The notes beneath the pieces are model-generated. The model ran no database searches, was not told where the DNA came from, and saw only the letters and a list, made by a program, of their open reading frames with translations. This document shows positions 1-7,741 of a DNA stretch of 32,000 nt, piece by piece. This DNA comes from Kineococcus radiotolerans SRS30216 = ATCC BAA-149 (GTDB lineage Bacteria; Actinomycetota; Actinomycetes; Actinomycetales; Kineococcaceae). Within the stretch, counting starts at the first letter, position 1. Each line of letters opens with the position of its first letter. Both the position numbers and the translations under genes were made by a program. The stretch is from contig NC_009664.2 of the NCBI RefSeq assembly GCF_000017305.1, forward strand, positions 3,180,001 to 3,212,000. The letters are read 5' to 3'.

Positions 1-1
1 C

Positions 2-328
2 GCCTCGGCGGTGCGCGCGGTCACCGCCTGGCGGCGCGCGAACCCGCCGGTCACCGCCGTCGCCGCCTACAACGACGAGGTGGCCCTCGCGGTGCTGGCC
101 GGGCTGCGCGCCGAGGGGCTGGCCGTGCCCGGCGACGTCGCCGTCATCGGCGTGGACGACGTCCCCGCCGCCCGGCTGGTGACCCCGGCCCTGACCACGG
201 TGTCCCAGGCCGCCGAGGTCCAGGCCGGGCACCTGGCCGCCCAGGTGGTCGACGCCCTCGACGGCGGGGGGAACCCGCCGCCCGACCCGGGCGACGTCCT
301 GGGGCTCGTGGTCCGCGAGTCCGCCTGA
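2..328 (+). CDS. LacI-family transcriptional regulator, C-terminal sugar-binding fragment (5' end outside window)
   Basis: Frame is open from the window edge to TGA 326-328. Translation ...AAYNDEVALAVLAGLRAEGLAVPGDVAVIGVDDVPAARLVTPALTTV... is the typical LacI/PurR C-terminal core. GC3-rich frame. Confidence 0.8.
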   Translation, partial: ASAVRAVTAWRRANPPVTAVAAYNDEVALAVLAGLRAEGLAVPGDVAVIGVDDVPAARLVTPALTTVSQAAEVQAGHLAAQVVDALDGGGNPPPDPGDVLGLVVRESA

Positions 329-396
329 GGGACCCGCGCCGCCCTGCGCTGGCCCGCGCCGCCGGCTCGCGCACGAACGCTTCGCCCGCGAACGGG

Positions 397-402
397 TAGC
401 CT
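397..402 (+). promoter_or_regulatory. Candidate -10 hexamer TAGCCT placed 6 nt upstream of the ohrR GTG (leaderless geometry)
   Basis: gggTAGCCTgcggagGTG. The only Shine-Dalgarno-like GGAGG abuts the start with zero spacer, so a leaderless transcript explains the site better. No convincing -35. Confidence 0.35.
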
Positions 403-408
403 GCGGAG

Positions 409-870
409 GTGCCCACCACCGACGAGACGGCCGATCCGCTCGCCCTCGAGCGCCAGGTCTGCTTCGCGCTCGTCGTGGCCGCCCGGAGCGTGCTGTCGGT
501 GTACCGGCCCGTGCTGGAACCGCTCGGGCTGACCCACCCCCAGTACCTCGTGATGCTGGCCCTGTGGGGGAACGAGCCCCTGTCGGTCAAGGACCTCAGC
601 GAGGCCCTCCAGCTCGACCCGCCGACGCTGTCGCCGCTGCTGAAGCGCCTGGAGGCCGCGGGCCTGCTGGAGCGCCGGCGCCTGCCCGAGGACCAGCGCT
701 CGCTGGCCGTGACCCTCACCGGGCGGGGCCGCGCGCTGCGCACCGAGGCGCTGAGGGTGCCGCCGCAGATCGTCGAGCGGCTGGGGATGGACGTGCACGA
801 GCTGGAGCAGCTGCGCGACGGGCTGACCCACGTCATCGGCGCGGCCGTCCGCGCCGGCGAGGGCTCCTGA
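409..870 (+). CDS. ohrR: MarR-family regulator, OhrR type (1-Cys organic hydroperoxide sensor)
   Basis: 153 aa. LALERQVCFAL...THPQYLVMLALWGNEPLSVKDLSEALQLDPPTLSPLLKRLEAAGLLERRRLPEDQRS aligns motif-for-motif with B. subtilis OhrR as I recall it (LENQLCF, YPQYL, LD..TL.P.LKR.E..GL). A single Cys at residue 18. Confidence 0.85.
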   Translation: MPTTDETADPLALERQVCFALVVAARSVLSVYRPVLEPLGLTHPQYLVMLALWGNEPLSVKDLSEALQLDPPTLSPLLKRLEAAGLLERRRLPEDQRSLAVTLTGRGRALRTEALRVPPQIVERLGMDVHELEQLRDGLTHVIGAAVRAGEGS

Positions 871-888
871 GCGGAGCCCCCGCGGCCC

Positions 889-2079
889 TCACGTCCCGGG
901 GCCCGTCACGTCCCGCGGCCCCTCGCCCGCCGCGTCGGCGGGGCGGTACGGCAGCTCCAGCTGAGCCGCCTGCGGCACCGGGCCCGGGGACCGTTCCCGC
1001 CGGCGCCCCGAGCGGCGCCGGGTGGTCCCCACCGCCCCCTCCCGCTTGGCCCGGTACATCGCCCCGTCGGCGTCGGCGAGGAGGTCGTCGGGGGTGGTGC
1101 CCTCCCCGCTGAGGGCGATCCCGATGCTGGCCGAGACCACGATCTCGGTGCCGGCGCAGGCCACGGGCTCGGCCAGCGCCCGGCGCAGCCGGGTGACGAC
1201 GCCGTCCAGGCCGTGCGACAGCTCCTCCGGGCTGGACTGGGGGAGGTCCTCGCAGAGCAGGACGAACTCGTCCCCGGCCAGCCGCGCCAGCGTGTCCTCG
1301 CCCCGCAGCGCGGCCTGCAGGCGGTGGGCGACCGTGACGAGGACGGTGTCCCCGGCGGCGTGCCCGTACGTGTCGTTGACGGCCTTGAACCGGTCGAGGT
1401 CGATGAACAGGCAGGCCACGGACTCCCGGCGGCGCCGGGCCGCGGCCAGCGCCCGGTCCAGGCGGTCGAAGAGCAGCACCCGGTTGGGCAGGCCGGTCAG
1501 CGCGTCGTGGGCGCTGTGGTGGGCCAGCTCCCGTTCCGCGCGCCGCGCCTCGTCGCGGTCGGCCGCCATCACCAGGTAGGACGCGGTGACCTGGGCCAGC
1601 AGCCGCGTCCAGGTGAGCTCGGGCAGCTGCCACGTCCCCGCCTCGCGCCGGTACAGGTCGAGCGCGCCCCAGACCCGGCCGCGGGCCACGAGCGGGAGCG
1701 CGACGACCGACCGGAAGCCCAGGTCGAGGACCGCGGGGACGTACTCCTCCCACGCGGTCTGGACCGGGTCCTCCAGGTCGTCCACGACCACCTCGACCTG
1801 GAAGGCCATCGCGTCCTGGCAGGGGCCCTCCTGCAGCACCTGCTGCAACCGCTCGGGCCCTGCGACCGCGGGCGGGTGGGCGTGCACGAAGCGCGCGGTC
1901 CCGCCGCCGTCCTCGTCGAGGACCATGACGCCGACGCCGTCGACGGCGAGGTGGCGGCCGGCGACGTCGGCGAGGCCGCGCAGGAGCTCGTCGGGGGTGG
2001 CGCGGTCGTTCGCGGCGGCGGCGAGCTCGGCCACGGCGCGCGCCAGCGCCTCACCCGAGGATCCGGACCCGGAGCTCAT
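889..2079 (-). CDS. GAF-domain sensor diguanylate cyclase (GGDEF domain with AGDEF active-site variant and RxxD I-site)
   Basis: 396 aa. N-terminal GAF-like region (VVALPLVARGRVWGALDLYR). C-terminal GGDEF domain (HDALTGLPNR, FIDLDRFKAVNDTYGHAAGD, RGEDTLARLAGDEFVLL, DGAMYRAKREG). ATG 2079 is preceded by GGGGAGG. Confidence 0.9.
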   Translation of the reverse strand: MSSGSGSSGEALARAVAELAAAANDRATPDELLRGLADVAGRHLAVDGVGVMVLDEDGGGTARFVHAHPPAVAGPERLQQVLQEGPCQDAMAFQVEVVVDDLEDPVQTAWEEYVPAVLDLGFRSVVALPLVARGRVWGALDLYRREAGTWQLPELTWTRLLAQVTASYLVMAADRDEARRAERELAHHSAHDALTGLPNRVLLFDRLDRALAAARRRRESVACLFIDLDRFKAVNDTYGHAAGDTVLVTVAHRLQAALRGEDTLARLAGDEFVLLCEDLPQSSPEELSHGLDGVVTRLRRALAEPVACAGTEIVVSASIGIALSGEGTTPDDLLADADGAMYRAKREGAVGTTRRRSGRRRERSPGPVPQAAQLELPYRPADAAGEGPRDVTGPGT

Positions 2080-2186
2080 GGGGAGTGCCTCCCCGTGGGG
2101 TCGGTGGAGTCGCGAGCCGCGTCATGACTCCCCCCGAGTGTGACCGACTCCGCTGCGCGGCGCGCGCCCGGCCCGCCGGGGCGGCG

Positions 2187-2522
2187 TCAGCGACGCGGCT
2201 GGGCCGGGTTCGTCGGGTCGCCGTGCGACGGGGGGTTGACCGGCGGGGCGTCGGTGTTCGGGGCGGCGGCGCCGTCGGCCGGCGGGGCGTGCTCGGGCTG
2301 GACCGCGGCCGGGTCCCCGCCGGAGGGTTCGGCCCCGGCGGCGAGCTGGTCGGCCCGCGCCCGCAGCACGGTGAGCACGGGTTCGCGCGCCCCGTGCTCC
2401 TCCTCGTAGCCCACCAGGACCGCCAGCGCGTCGGCGTCCAGGGAGCGGACCCGGTGGGCCAGGGTGGCGACGGGCAGGTGGTCGTAGTCGGGGACGGGCA
2501 GGTCGGCGCGCTCGGCGTTCAC
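2187..2522 (-). CDS. Conserved-looking hypothetical protein (helical N-domain, Pro/Ala-rich C-terminal tail)
   Basis: GTG at 2522 lies 6 nt after a GGAGGA Shine-Dalgarno sequence, giving 111 aa. GC3-rich frame. N-terminal LPVPDYDHLPVATLAHRVRSLDADALAVLVGYEEEHGAREPVLTVLRARADQL, then a low-complexity tail. No function recognised. Confidence 0.65.
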   Translation of the reverse strand: MNAERADLPVPDYDHLPVATLAHRVRSLDADALAVLVGYEEEHGAREPVLTVLRARADQLAAGAEPSGGDPAAVQPEHAPPADGAAAPNTDAPPVNPPSHGDPTNPAQPRR

Positions 2523-2631
2523 GGTGGTCCTCCGCAGGTCGTCGCGGTGGTGGCTCGTGGTCGAACCCCTCCTCCCGACGGTCCGGCACCGGGGTGCGGT
2601 CCGCAACTCCGGCGCACCGCGCCTCCCGGGG

Positions 2632-3927
2632 TCAGGCCGCGTCGAGGTCCAGGACCCGCATCCCCAGCAGCGACAGCGCCAGCTCGCAGAACGTCGCGTC
2701 CGCCCAGGAGAACCACTCCCGCGTCCACCGCGAGGGGTCGTCGACGTGGAAGCCCTCGTGGACGTGCAGGGTCCCGTCGTCGGTGTCGGCGATGAGCCGC
2801 AGCGTCGCGACCGCCTCGTCCGGGTCGCCGCCGGTGAGGGCCTGGACGGCGAGGGAGATCGGCCAGACGTAGCGGTCGGGGGTGTGCGGGCTGCCGATGC
2901 CGGCGGCGGCGGTGCCCCGGTGGAACCAGGGGTTCTCCTCGCTGAGCACCAGCGCGCGCGTCGCCCGGTAGAGCGGGTCGTCGGCGGCGCACGCCCCCAG
3001 CAGGGGCAGCGACAGCAGGCTGGGGGTGTTCGCGTCGTCGGCCAGCAACCGCCCGCCGAGGCCGTCGACCTCGTAGGCCCACACCCGCCCGTGCACGGGG
3101 TGCTCGACGACGCCGTGCTCCGCCACCCCGGCCCGCAGCTCGGCGGCCAAGGCCGCGGCGTCGCGGGCCAGCGCCGGATCGGCGAACACCTCCGCGGCGA
3201 AGGTCGCGACGTGGTCGAGGGCGCGGGCGGCGAACAGGTTGGCCGGGACGTTGTAGCCGAACTCGCAGGCGTCGTCGCTGGGCCGGAAACCCGACCAGGT
3301 CATCCCGGTGCGGGCCACGGGGGTCCCCAGGCCGTCGCGGTCGAGGGTCTCGCTGCGCAGGTCGGTGGGGCGCACGAACCGGTACGGGGAGCGTTCCTCG
3401 TGGTCCTGCTCCAGGCGCCAGAGGTCCACGACCCGGCGCATCGCGGGGTGGGCGTCGGCGCCGAGCAGGTCGTCGCGCCCGGTCGCCCGGCGCAGCCGGT
3501 GCGCGAGCAGGACCGGGAACGCGAGGGAGTCGACCTCGTACTTGCGCTCCCACAGCCACGGGTCGTCGCCGAGGTCGCCGGGTTCGTGGCAGGCGCCGGT
3601 GGGGCCGTCGTTGAAGGCGTTGGCGTAGGGGTCGTGGCGGACGGCGGCGAACTGCGCGCGCAGCACCCCGGCGATCACGCCGGTCAGCGCGGGGGCCCGG
3701 TCCAGCAGCAGCAGGTACGGCTGCCACTGGGCGGTGGAGTCGCGCAGCCACATCGCCGGGATGTCGCCGGTGACCACGAACACCGAACCGTCCGGGCGCA
3801 CGGTCGGGGTCCGCTCGACGGTCTCGCGCAGCGCGCGGGCGAAGAGGCGGCCCACCCGCTCCCCGGCCCGCTGCGCGACGCGGGCCGCGAGGTCCTCGAC
3901 GAGGGGGTCGGGCAGGAGGCCGGTCAT
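2632..3927 (-). CDS. Glycoside hydrolase family 125 (metal-independent exo-alpha-1,6-mannosidase family)
   Basis: GDIPAMWLRDSTAQWQPYL, RKYEVDSLAFPVLLAHRL and the overall ~430 aa length are typical of GH125/DUF1237. No signal peptide. Start taken as ATG 3927 (432 aa). An in-frame GTG at 3987 would add 20 low-complexity residues. Confidence 0.88.
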   Translation of the reverse strand: MTGLLPDPLVEDLAARVAQRAGERVGRLFARALRETVERTPTVRPDGSVFVVTGDIPAMWLRDSTAQWQPYLLLLDRAPALTGVIAGVLRAQFAAVRHDPYANAFNDGPTGACHEPGDLGDDPWLWERKYEVDSLAFPVLLAHRLRRATGRDDLLGADAHPAMRRVVDLWRLEQDHEERSPYRFVRPTDLRSETLDRDGLGTPVARTGMTWSGFRPSDDACEFGYNVPANLFAARALDHVATFAAEVFADPALARDAAALAAELRAGVAEHGVVEHPVHGRVWAYEVDGLGGRLLADDANTPSLLSLPLLGACAADDPLYRATRALVLSEENPWFHRGTAAAGIGSPHTPDRYVWPISLAVQALTGGDPDEAVATLRLIADTDDGTLHVHEGFHVDDPSRWTREWFSWADATFCELALSLLGMRVLDLDAA

Positions 3928-3933
3928 CCGGGA

Positions 3934-3939
3934 ACGGTA
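3934..3939 (-). promoter_or_regulatory. Candidate internal -10 hexamer TACCGT, 6 nt upstream of the GH125 ATG (leaderless geometry)
   Basis: Minus strand reads cacTACCGTtcccggATG. No Shine-Dalgarno sequence before ATG 3927. Confidence 0.3.
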
Positions 3940-3997
3940 GTGCGCCCCGGTCCCCGCCGCGGCCGGGCCCACCCCCGCCGGACCCACCCCTGCCGGA

Positions 3998-4993
3998 CTA
4001 CCCCCGCCCGGCCCGCGCGGCCGGCGCCTGGGCCGCCGCCCCGATCGCGGCGACCGGACGGCCGGGGGGCAGCAGGGCCAGACGTTCGTGCAGGGCGAGG
4101 CCCCGCAGGAACACCGAGCTCCGCGCCTGCCGCCGCAGGGCGTCGGAGACGCTGCGCAGCAGCGGTTCCCCGACCGCCGCCACCCCGCCGGCGAGGACGA
4201 TGCGGCCGGGGTCGCAGGTCAGCGCGAGCGTCCGCACCGCGAGGGCGACCCCGGTGCTCCACCGCTCCAGGACCTCCGTCGCCGCGGGGTCGCCGGCCGC
4301 GGCGGCGGCGAACAGGTGCTCCGCGGAGCGGCCCTCGTCGCCGTGCGGCCAGTCCCGGCGCAGCGCCGAACCGGCCGCCACCGTCTCCAGGCAGCCCCGC
4401 TGCCCGCAGTTGCACGGCAGCCCGCGGGGGTCCAGGGCGAGGTGCCCGATCTCGCCCGCCGCCCCGCCGGACCCGCGCAGCAGCCGCCCGCCCACGACGA
4501 TGCCCGCGGCCAGGCCGGTGCCCAGCGAGAGCAGGGCGAGGTCGGTGCCGGGCCCGAAGGCGGCGTAGGCCCCCAGGGTCGAGGCGTTGACGTCGTTCTC
4601 GACGGCCACCGGCACCCCGCCCAGGGCGGTGCTCACCAGCCCGGCGAGGTCCACCGGGTCGGGGCCCAGGCCGAGGTTCACCGCGTTGCGCACGGTGCCC
4701 GCCGCCGGGTCCACCAGGCCGGGGATGCCGATGCCCACGCCCGAGACCGCCCCCGGCCCGGGCGGTCCCGGGTCGGCGACGAGGTCGGCGACCAGGTCCG
4801 CCACCGCGGCCGCGGCCGTGGCGACGACCCCCGCGACACCGGTGGAGGTGGGCCGGCGCACGGTGGCCAGCACCTCCTGGCCGGGGCCGACCGCGACACC
4901 GTCCACCTTCGTGCCGCCGACGTCGAGGCCGACCCGGACCGGGCGCAGCGGCCCGGTGGCGGGGCCGGTGCGGGAGGACGCGAACACCGGCAC
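3998..4993 (-). CDS. ROK-family sugar kinase
   Basis: 331 aa. VRVGLDVGGTKV (ATP-binding DxGxT), GIGIPGLVD, ENDVNASTLG, GEIGHLALDPRGLPCNCGQRGCLETV (ROK Zn-Cys motif). No N-terminal HTH domain. GGGGAG Shine-Dalgarno sequence. Begins 3 nt after the GH20 stop. Confidence 0.9.
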   Translation of the reverse strand: MPVFASSRTGPATGPLRPVRVGLDVGGTKVDGVAVGPGQEVLATVRRPTSTGVAGVVATAAAAVADLVADLVADPGPPGPGAVSGVGIGIPGLVDPAAGTVRNAVNLGLGPDPVDLAGLVSTALGGVPVAVENDVNASTLGAYAAFGPGTDLALLSLGTGLAAGIVVGGRLLRGSGGAAGEIGHLALDPRGLPCNCGQRGCLETVAAGSALRRDWPHGDEGRSAEHLFAAAAAGDPAATEVLERWSTGVALAVRTLALTCDPGRIVLAGGVAAVGEPLLRSVSDALRRQARSSVFLRGLALHERLALLPPGRPVAAIGAAAQAPAARAGRG

Positions 4994-4996
4994 GAC

Positions 4997-6784
4997 TCAG
5001 CTCCCCGAGCGCAGCAGCGCGTGCCGCAGGCCGAACTCCGCGAGGCTGTCCGAGAGCCCCCCGGGTCGCGACCGCAGCAGCCAGCAGGTCCGCTGCTCCT
5101 CCAGCAGCGCCTCGAGCTCGACGAGCAGCCGGCCCGCCGCGACCGGTTCGAAGGACCCGTCGTCGGCGCGCACCTGCAGGGCCCGCACCGCGAGGTCGGA
5201 CAGCCGCAGCGCCTGGGCCAGTTCCCGCAGCACGACGTCGCCGTCGGCGCAGGCCGGTTCCGCCGCGCGCAGGTCGTCCAGGCAGGAGGTGAGCGTGGCG
5301 TGCGCCGCGGCCAGGGCCTCGGGGGTGGGCACGGCCCACGGCTTGAGCTGGTCCGGTTCGCGCAGCACCAGGACCAGCGGGGAGGCGTTGAGCAGCGGCG
5401 CCCCCAGCTGCGCGGTCACCCGCCCGGAGCGGACGAGGACGTCGCCGGTGATCCCGGTGGGGTCCATCAGCAGCGCGTCGGAGAGGACGGCGGCGACGTC
5501 GACGTCGCGGTTGTCCTCCAGCGACCAGGACACCGCCCCGCCGAAGAGGGCCGGGCCGAAGGCGACCGACGGCGGGTCCCAGTGGCCGTGGTCGCCCCAG
5601 GCGGTGTTGAGGAAGCCCTGCGCGGAGTTCTCCAGCCCGACCTCGGCGGCGTCGACCATGTTGCCGACGGCGTTCTCCCAGCGGCCCAGCAGCGAGTTCC
5701 AGCTGCTGGTGCCCGGGGCCACCCAGAACGGGATCCCGGCCTCGAGGAGGAGCTTGGCCCGGTCGCGGAACCCGTCGCGCAGGGCGGTGACGTCGAGGCC
5801 CTGGGCGCGCCACTCCTGCACCTGCCCGCCGTCGGCGTCCAGCACCTCGGCCAGCAGCTGCGGGGAGTCGTACTGCCACACGACGGGGATCGCCCCGGCG
5901 GGGACCTTGTCCATGAGCTCGGGGTGGTCGCCGAAGACGTCGGCCCAGAACTCCACCGCGTAGCCGCGGTCCAGCCACGGCTGCATGACGGAGGTGACGT
6001 ACTCGAAGTAGACGGTGCCCAGGCCCACCTCCTCGGCCCGCTGGGCGCTCTTGCCGGTGCCCAGCTCCCACGGCTCGTCGGCGCCGATGTTGATGCGGCG
6101 GGTCCGGAAGTTGGGGACGACGTCCTCCAGCAGACCCTGCACGAACTCCGCGTTCTCCGGGGTCGGTTCCACGGTGCTGGGCGGGCGGTGCAGCCCGCGC
6201 ATCGTGAACCCGTCCTCGTTCTCGGCGCGCTTGGCGTGCTGGGGGTGCTTGAGGAAGCGCTCCATGTGCCCGAGGGTGTTCTGGTTGCAGACCAGCTCGA
6301 TGCCCTTCGACGCGCACAGGGCGTCCAGCCACTGCAGGTCCGCGGCCGTCAGCGGGGAGGCGTCCTGCCACACCGCCTGCTCCCCGCGGAACGCGTAGGT
6401 GTGCTCGGTGTAGAGCTCGAAGGCGTTGATGCGGCTGAGTTCCATGACCTCGACCCAGCGGGCCAGGGTGCGCCGGGTCGGCACCCGGTCCCGGCTGACG
6501 TCGAGCATGAAGCCGCGGACGGGGAAGTCCGGGTGGTCGCTGATGTCGTAGCTCGTCGTCGCGAAGTCGACGCCGGCGCGCAGCTGGTCCAGCGTCGCGA
6601 GCCCGTAGCGCAGGCCGGCGGCGTCGGCGTGGGTGACGGTGATGCCTTCGGCGGAGGTCTGGACCCGGAAGCCCTGGGCCGGGACGGCGGGGTCGAGGAC
6701 CACGCGCACGGTGGCGCCGGGGGCGGGACCGCTGCCGGTCGTCGTCGACATCGACTTCGGACGGGGGAAGGGGGTGACAGGCAC
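4997..6784 (-). CDS. Glycoside hydrolase family 20 protein (beta-N-acetylhexosaminidase-like), cytoplasmic
   Basis: 595 aa. DHPDFPVRGFMLDVSRDRVP, INAFELYTEHTYAF, and the catalytic-type pair in RRINIGADEPWELG (D-E). No signal peptide. GTG 6784 is preceded by AGGAG at 8 nt. Confidence 0.85.
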   Translation of the reverse strand: MPVTPFPRPKSMSTTTGSGPAPGATVRVVLDPAVPAQGFRVQTSAEGITVTHADAAGLRYGLATLDQLRAGVDFATTSYDISDHPDFPVRGFMLDVSRDRVPTRRTLARWVEVMELSRINAFELYTEHTYAFRGEQAVWQDASPLTAADLQWLDALCASKGIELVCNQNTLGHMERFLKHPQHAKRAENEDGFTMRGLHRPPSTVEPTPENAEFVQGLLEDVVPNFRTRRINIGADEPWELGTGKSAQRAEEVGLGTVYFEYVTSVMQPWLDRGYAVEFWADVFGDHPELMDKVPAGAIPVVWQYDSPQLLAEVLDADGGQVQEWRAQGLDVTALRDGFRDRAKLLLEAGIPFWVAPGTSSWNSLLGRWENAVGNMVDAAEVGLENSAQGFLNTAWGDHGHWDPPSVAFGPALFGGAVSWSLEDNRDVDVAAVLSDALLMDPTGITGDVLVRSGRVTAQLGAPLLNASPLVLVLREPDQLKPWAVPTPEALAAAHATLTSCLDDLRAAEPACADGDVVLRELAQALRLSDLAVRALQVRADDGSFEPVAAGRLLVELEALLEEQRTCWLLRSRPGGLSDSLAEFGLRHALLRSGS

Positions 6785-6817
6785 GAGGAGCGCTCCTGGT
6801 GGTGGGGGTGGGGTGGG

Positions 6818-7741
6818 TCAGCCCTTGACGGCGCCGGCGACCATGCCCTTGGTCATGGCGTTCTGGACGATGACGAAGACGACGAGGACGGGGACGGCGA
6901 CGAGGGTGGACCCGGCCATGACGCCGGCCCAGTCGGTCTCCTGGAGGTTGGAGGAGAACGTCCGCAGCCACACCGGCAGCGTCATCCGGTCGCCGGAGGA
7001 GAGCATGACGAACGCGAGGGTGAACTCGTTCCAGGCGACGAGGAAGCCGAACACGCCGGTGGCGACCAGGCCCGGCCCCAGCAGGGGCAGGGTGACCCGG
7101 GTGAACGCGGTGAACCGGGAGCAGCCGTCGACCATGGCGGCCTCCTCCAGCTCCACCGGGACGCCGTCGACGAAGCCCTTCAGCATCCACACGGTGAACG
7201 GCACGATGAGGCCGGTGTAGAGCAGCGAGAGCCCGACGACGGAGTTCAGCAGGCCCCAGCCGTCCAGCATGCGGTACTGGGAGATGAACAGCGCCTCGGC
7301 CGGGATCATCTGCACGACGAGCACCGAGATGAGGACCCCGCGGCGGCCGATGAAGGAGAACCGGCTCAGGGCCACGGCCCCGAACAGGGCGGCGAGGATC
7401 GACACCGCGATGGACAGCAGCGTCACCGCGAGGCTGAAGCCGAGGGAGCGCCAGAAGAGGGGGGTGTGCAGGATCTGGTCGAAGGAGCGCAGCGTCGGCT
7501 CCAGCGGCGCGAGCAGCGGGGGAGTGCTCCGCAGCCGGTCCGCCGGCATGAGGGCGGAGTTGATCATCCAGTAGATGGGGAACGCCCAGAGGGCGGCCAG
7601 CGCGAGGGCCAGCACGTTCCACAGCGGGCGGTGCCGGTTCCTGGCCGAGCGGGTCGTGGTGTCGAAGAGGCCGGCCCCCGCGCTGGTCCCGGTGGTGGTC
7701 CCGGTGGTGGTCCCGGTGGTGGTGCCCGTGGTCGTCGCCAT
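6818..7741 (-). CDS. Carbohydrate ABC transporter permease (CUT1, MalG-like)
   Basis: 307 aa from ATG 7741. EAA loop LEEAAMVDGCSRFTAFTRVTLPLLGPGL. Multiple hydrophobic spans. The start overlaps the upstream stop (TGATG). The longer 556-aa track ORF is an upstream off-gene extension. Confidence 0.9.
   Translation of the reverse strand: MATTTGTTTGTTTGTTTGTSAGAGLFDTTTRSARNRHRPLWNVLALALAALWAFPIYWMINSALMPADRLRSTPPLLAPLEPTLRSFDQILHTPLFWRSLGFSLAVTLLSIAVSILAALFGAVALSRFSFIGRRGVLISVLVVQMIPAEALFISQYRMLDGWGLLNSVVGLSLLYTGLIVPFTVWMLKGFVDGVPVELEEAAMVDGCSRFTAFTRVTLPLLGPGLVATGVFGFLVAWNEFTLAFVMLSSGDRMTLPVWLRTFSSNLQETDWAGVMAGSTLVAVPVLVVFVIVQNAMTKGMVAGAVKG
7688..7735 (-). repeat. In-frame 12-bp tandem repeat (3 perfect copies plus 1 degenerate) encoding (TTTG)4 at the permease N-terminus
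   Basis: Plus strand has cccggtggtggt at 7688-7699, 7700-7711 and 7712-7723, then gcccgtggtcgt. Coding strand gives MATTTGTTTGTTTGTTTGTSAG. Confidence 0.9.

Noticed and set aside
3928-3987. GH125 start at GTG 3987 (451 aa), 10 nt after the ROK kinase stop.
   Set aside because: Not excluded, since GC3 of the extension is high. But it adds only a Gly/Ala/Pro-rich 20-aa tail, makes the protein longer than the ~430 aa I expect for the family, and ATG 3927 has a TACCGT-N6 leaderless-type promoter. I reported 3927 with this caveat.
2519-4590. A 688-aa plus-strand ORF and a 410-aa minus-strand ORF overlapping the GH125 and ROK kinase genes.
   Set aside because: Same artefact: low-complexity P/R/G-rich translations, lower GC3 than the GH125/ROK frames, and no recognisable domains.
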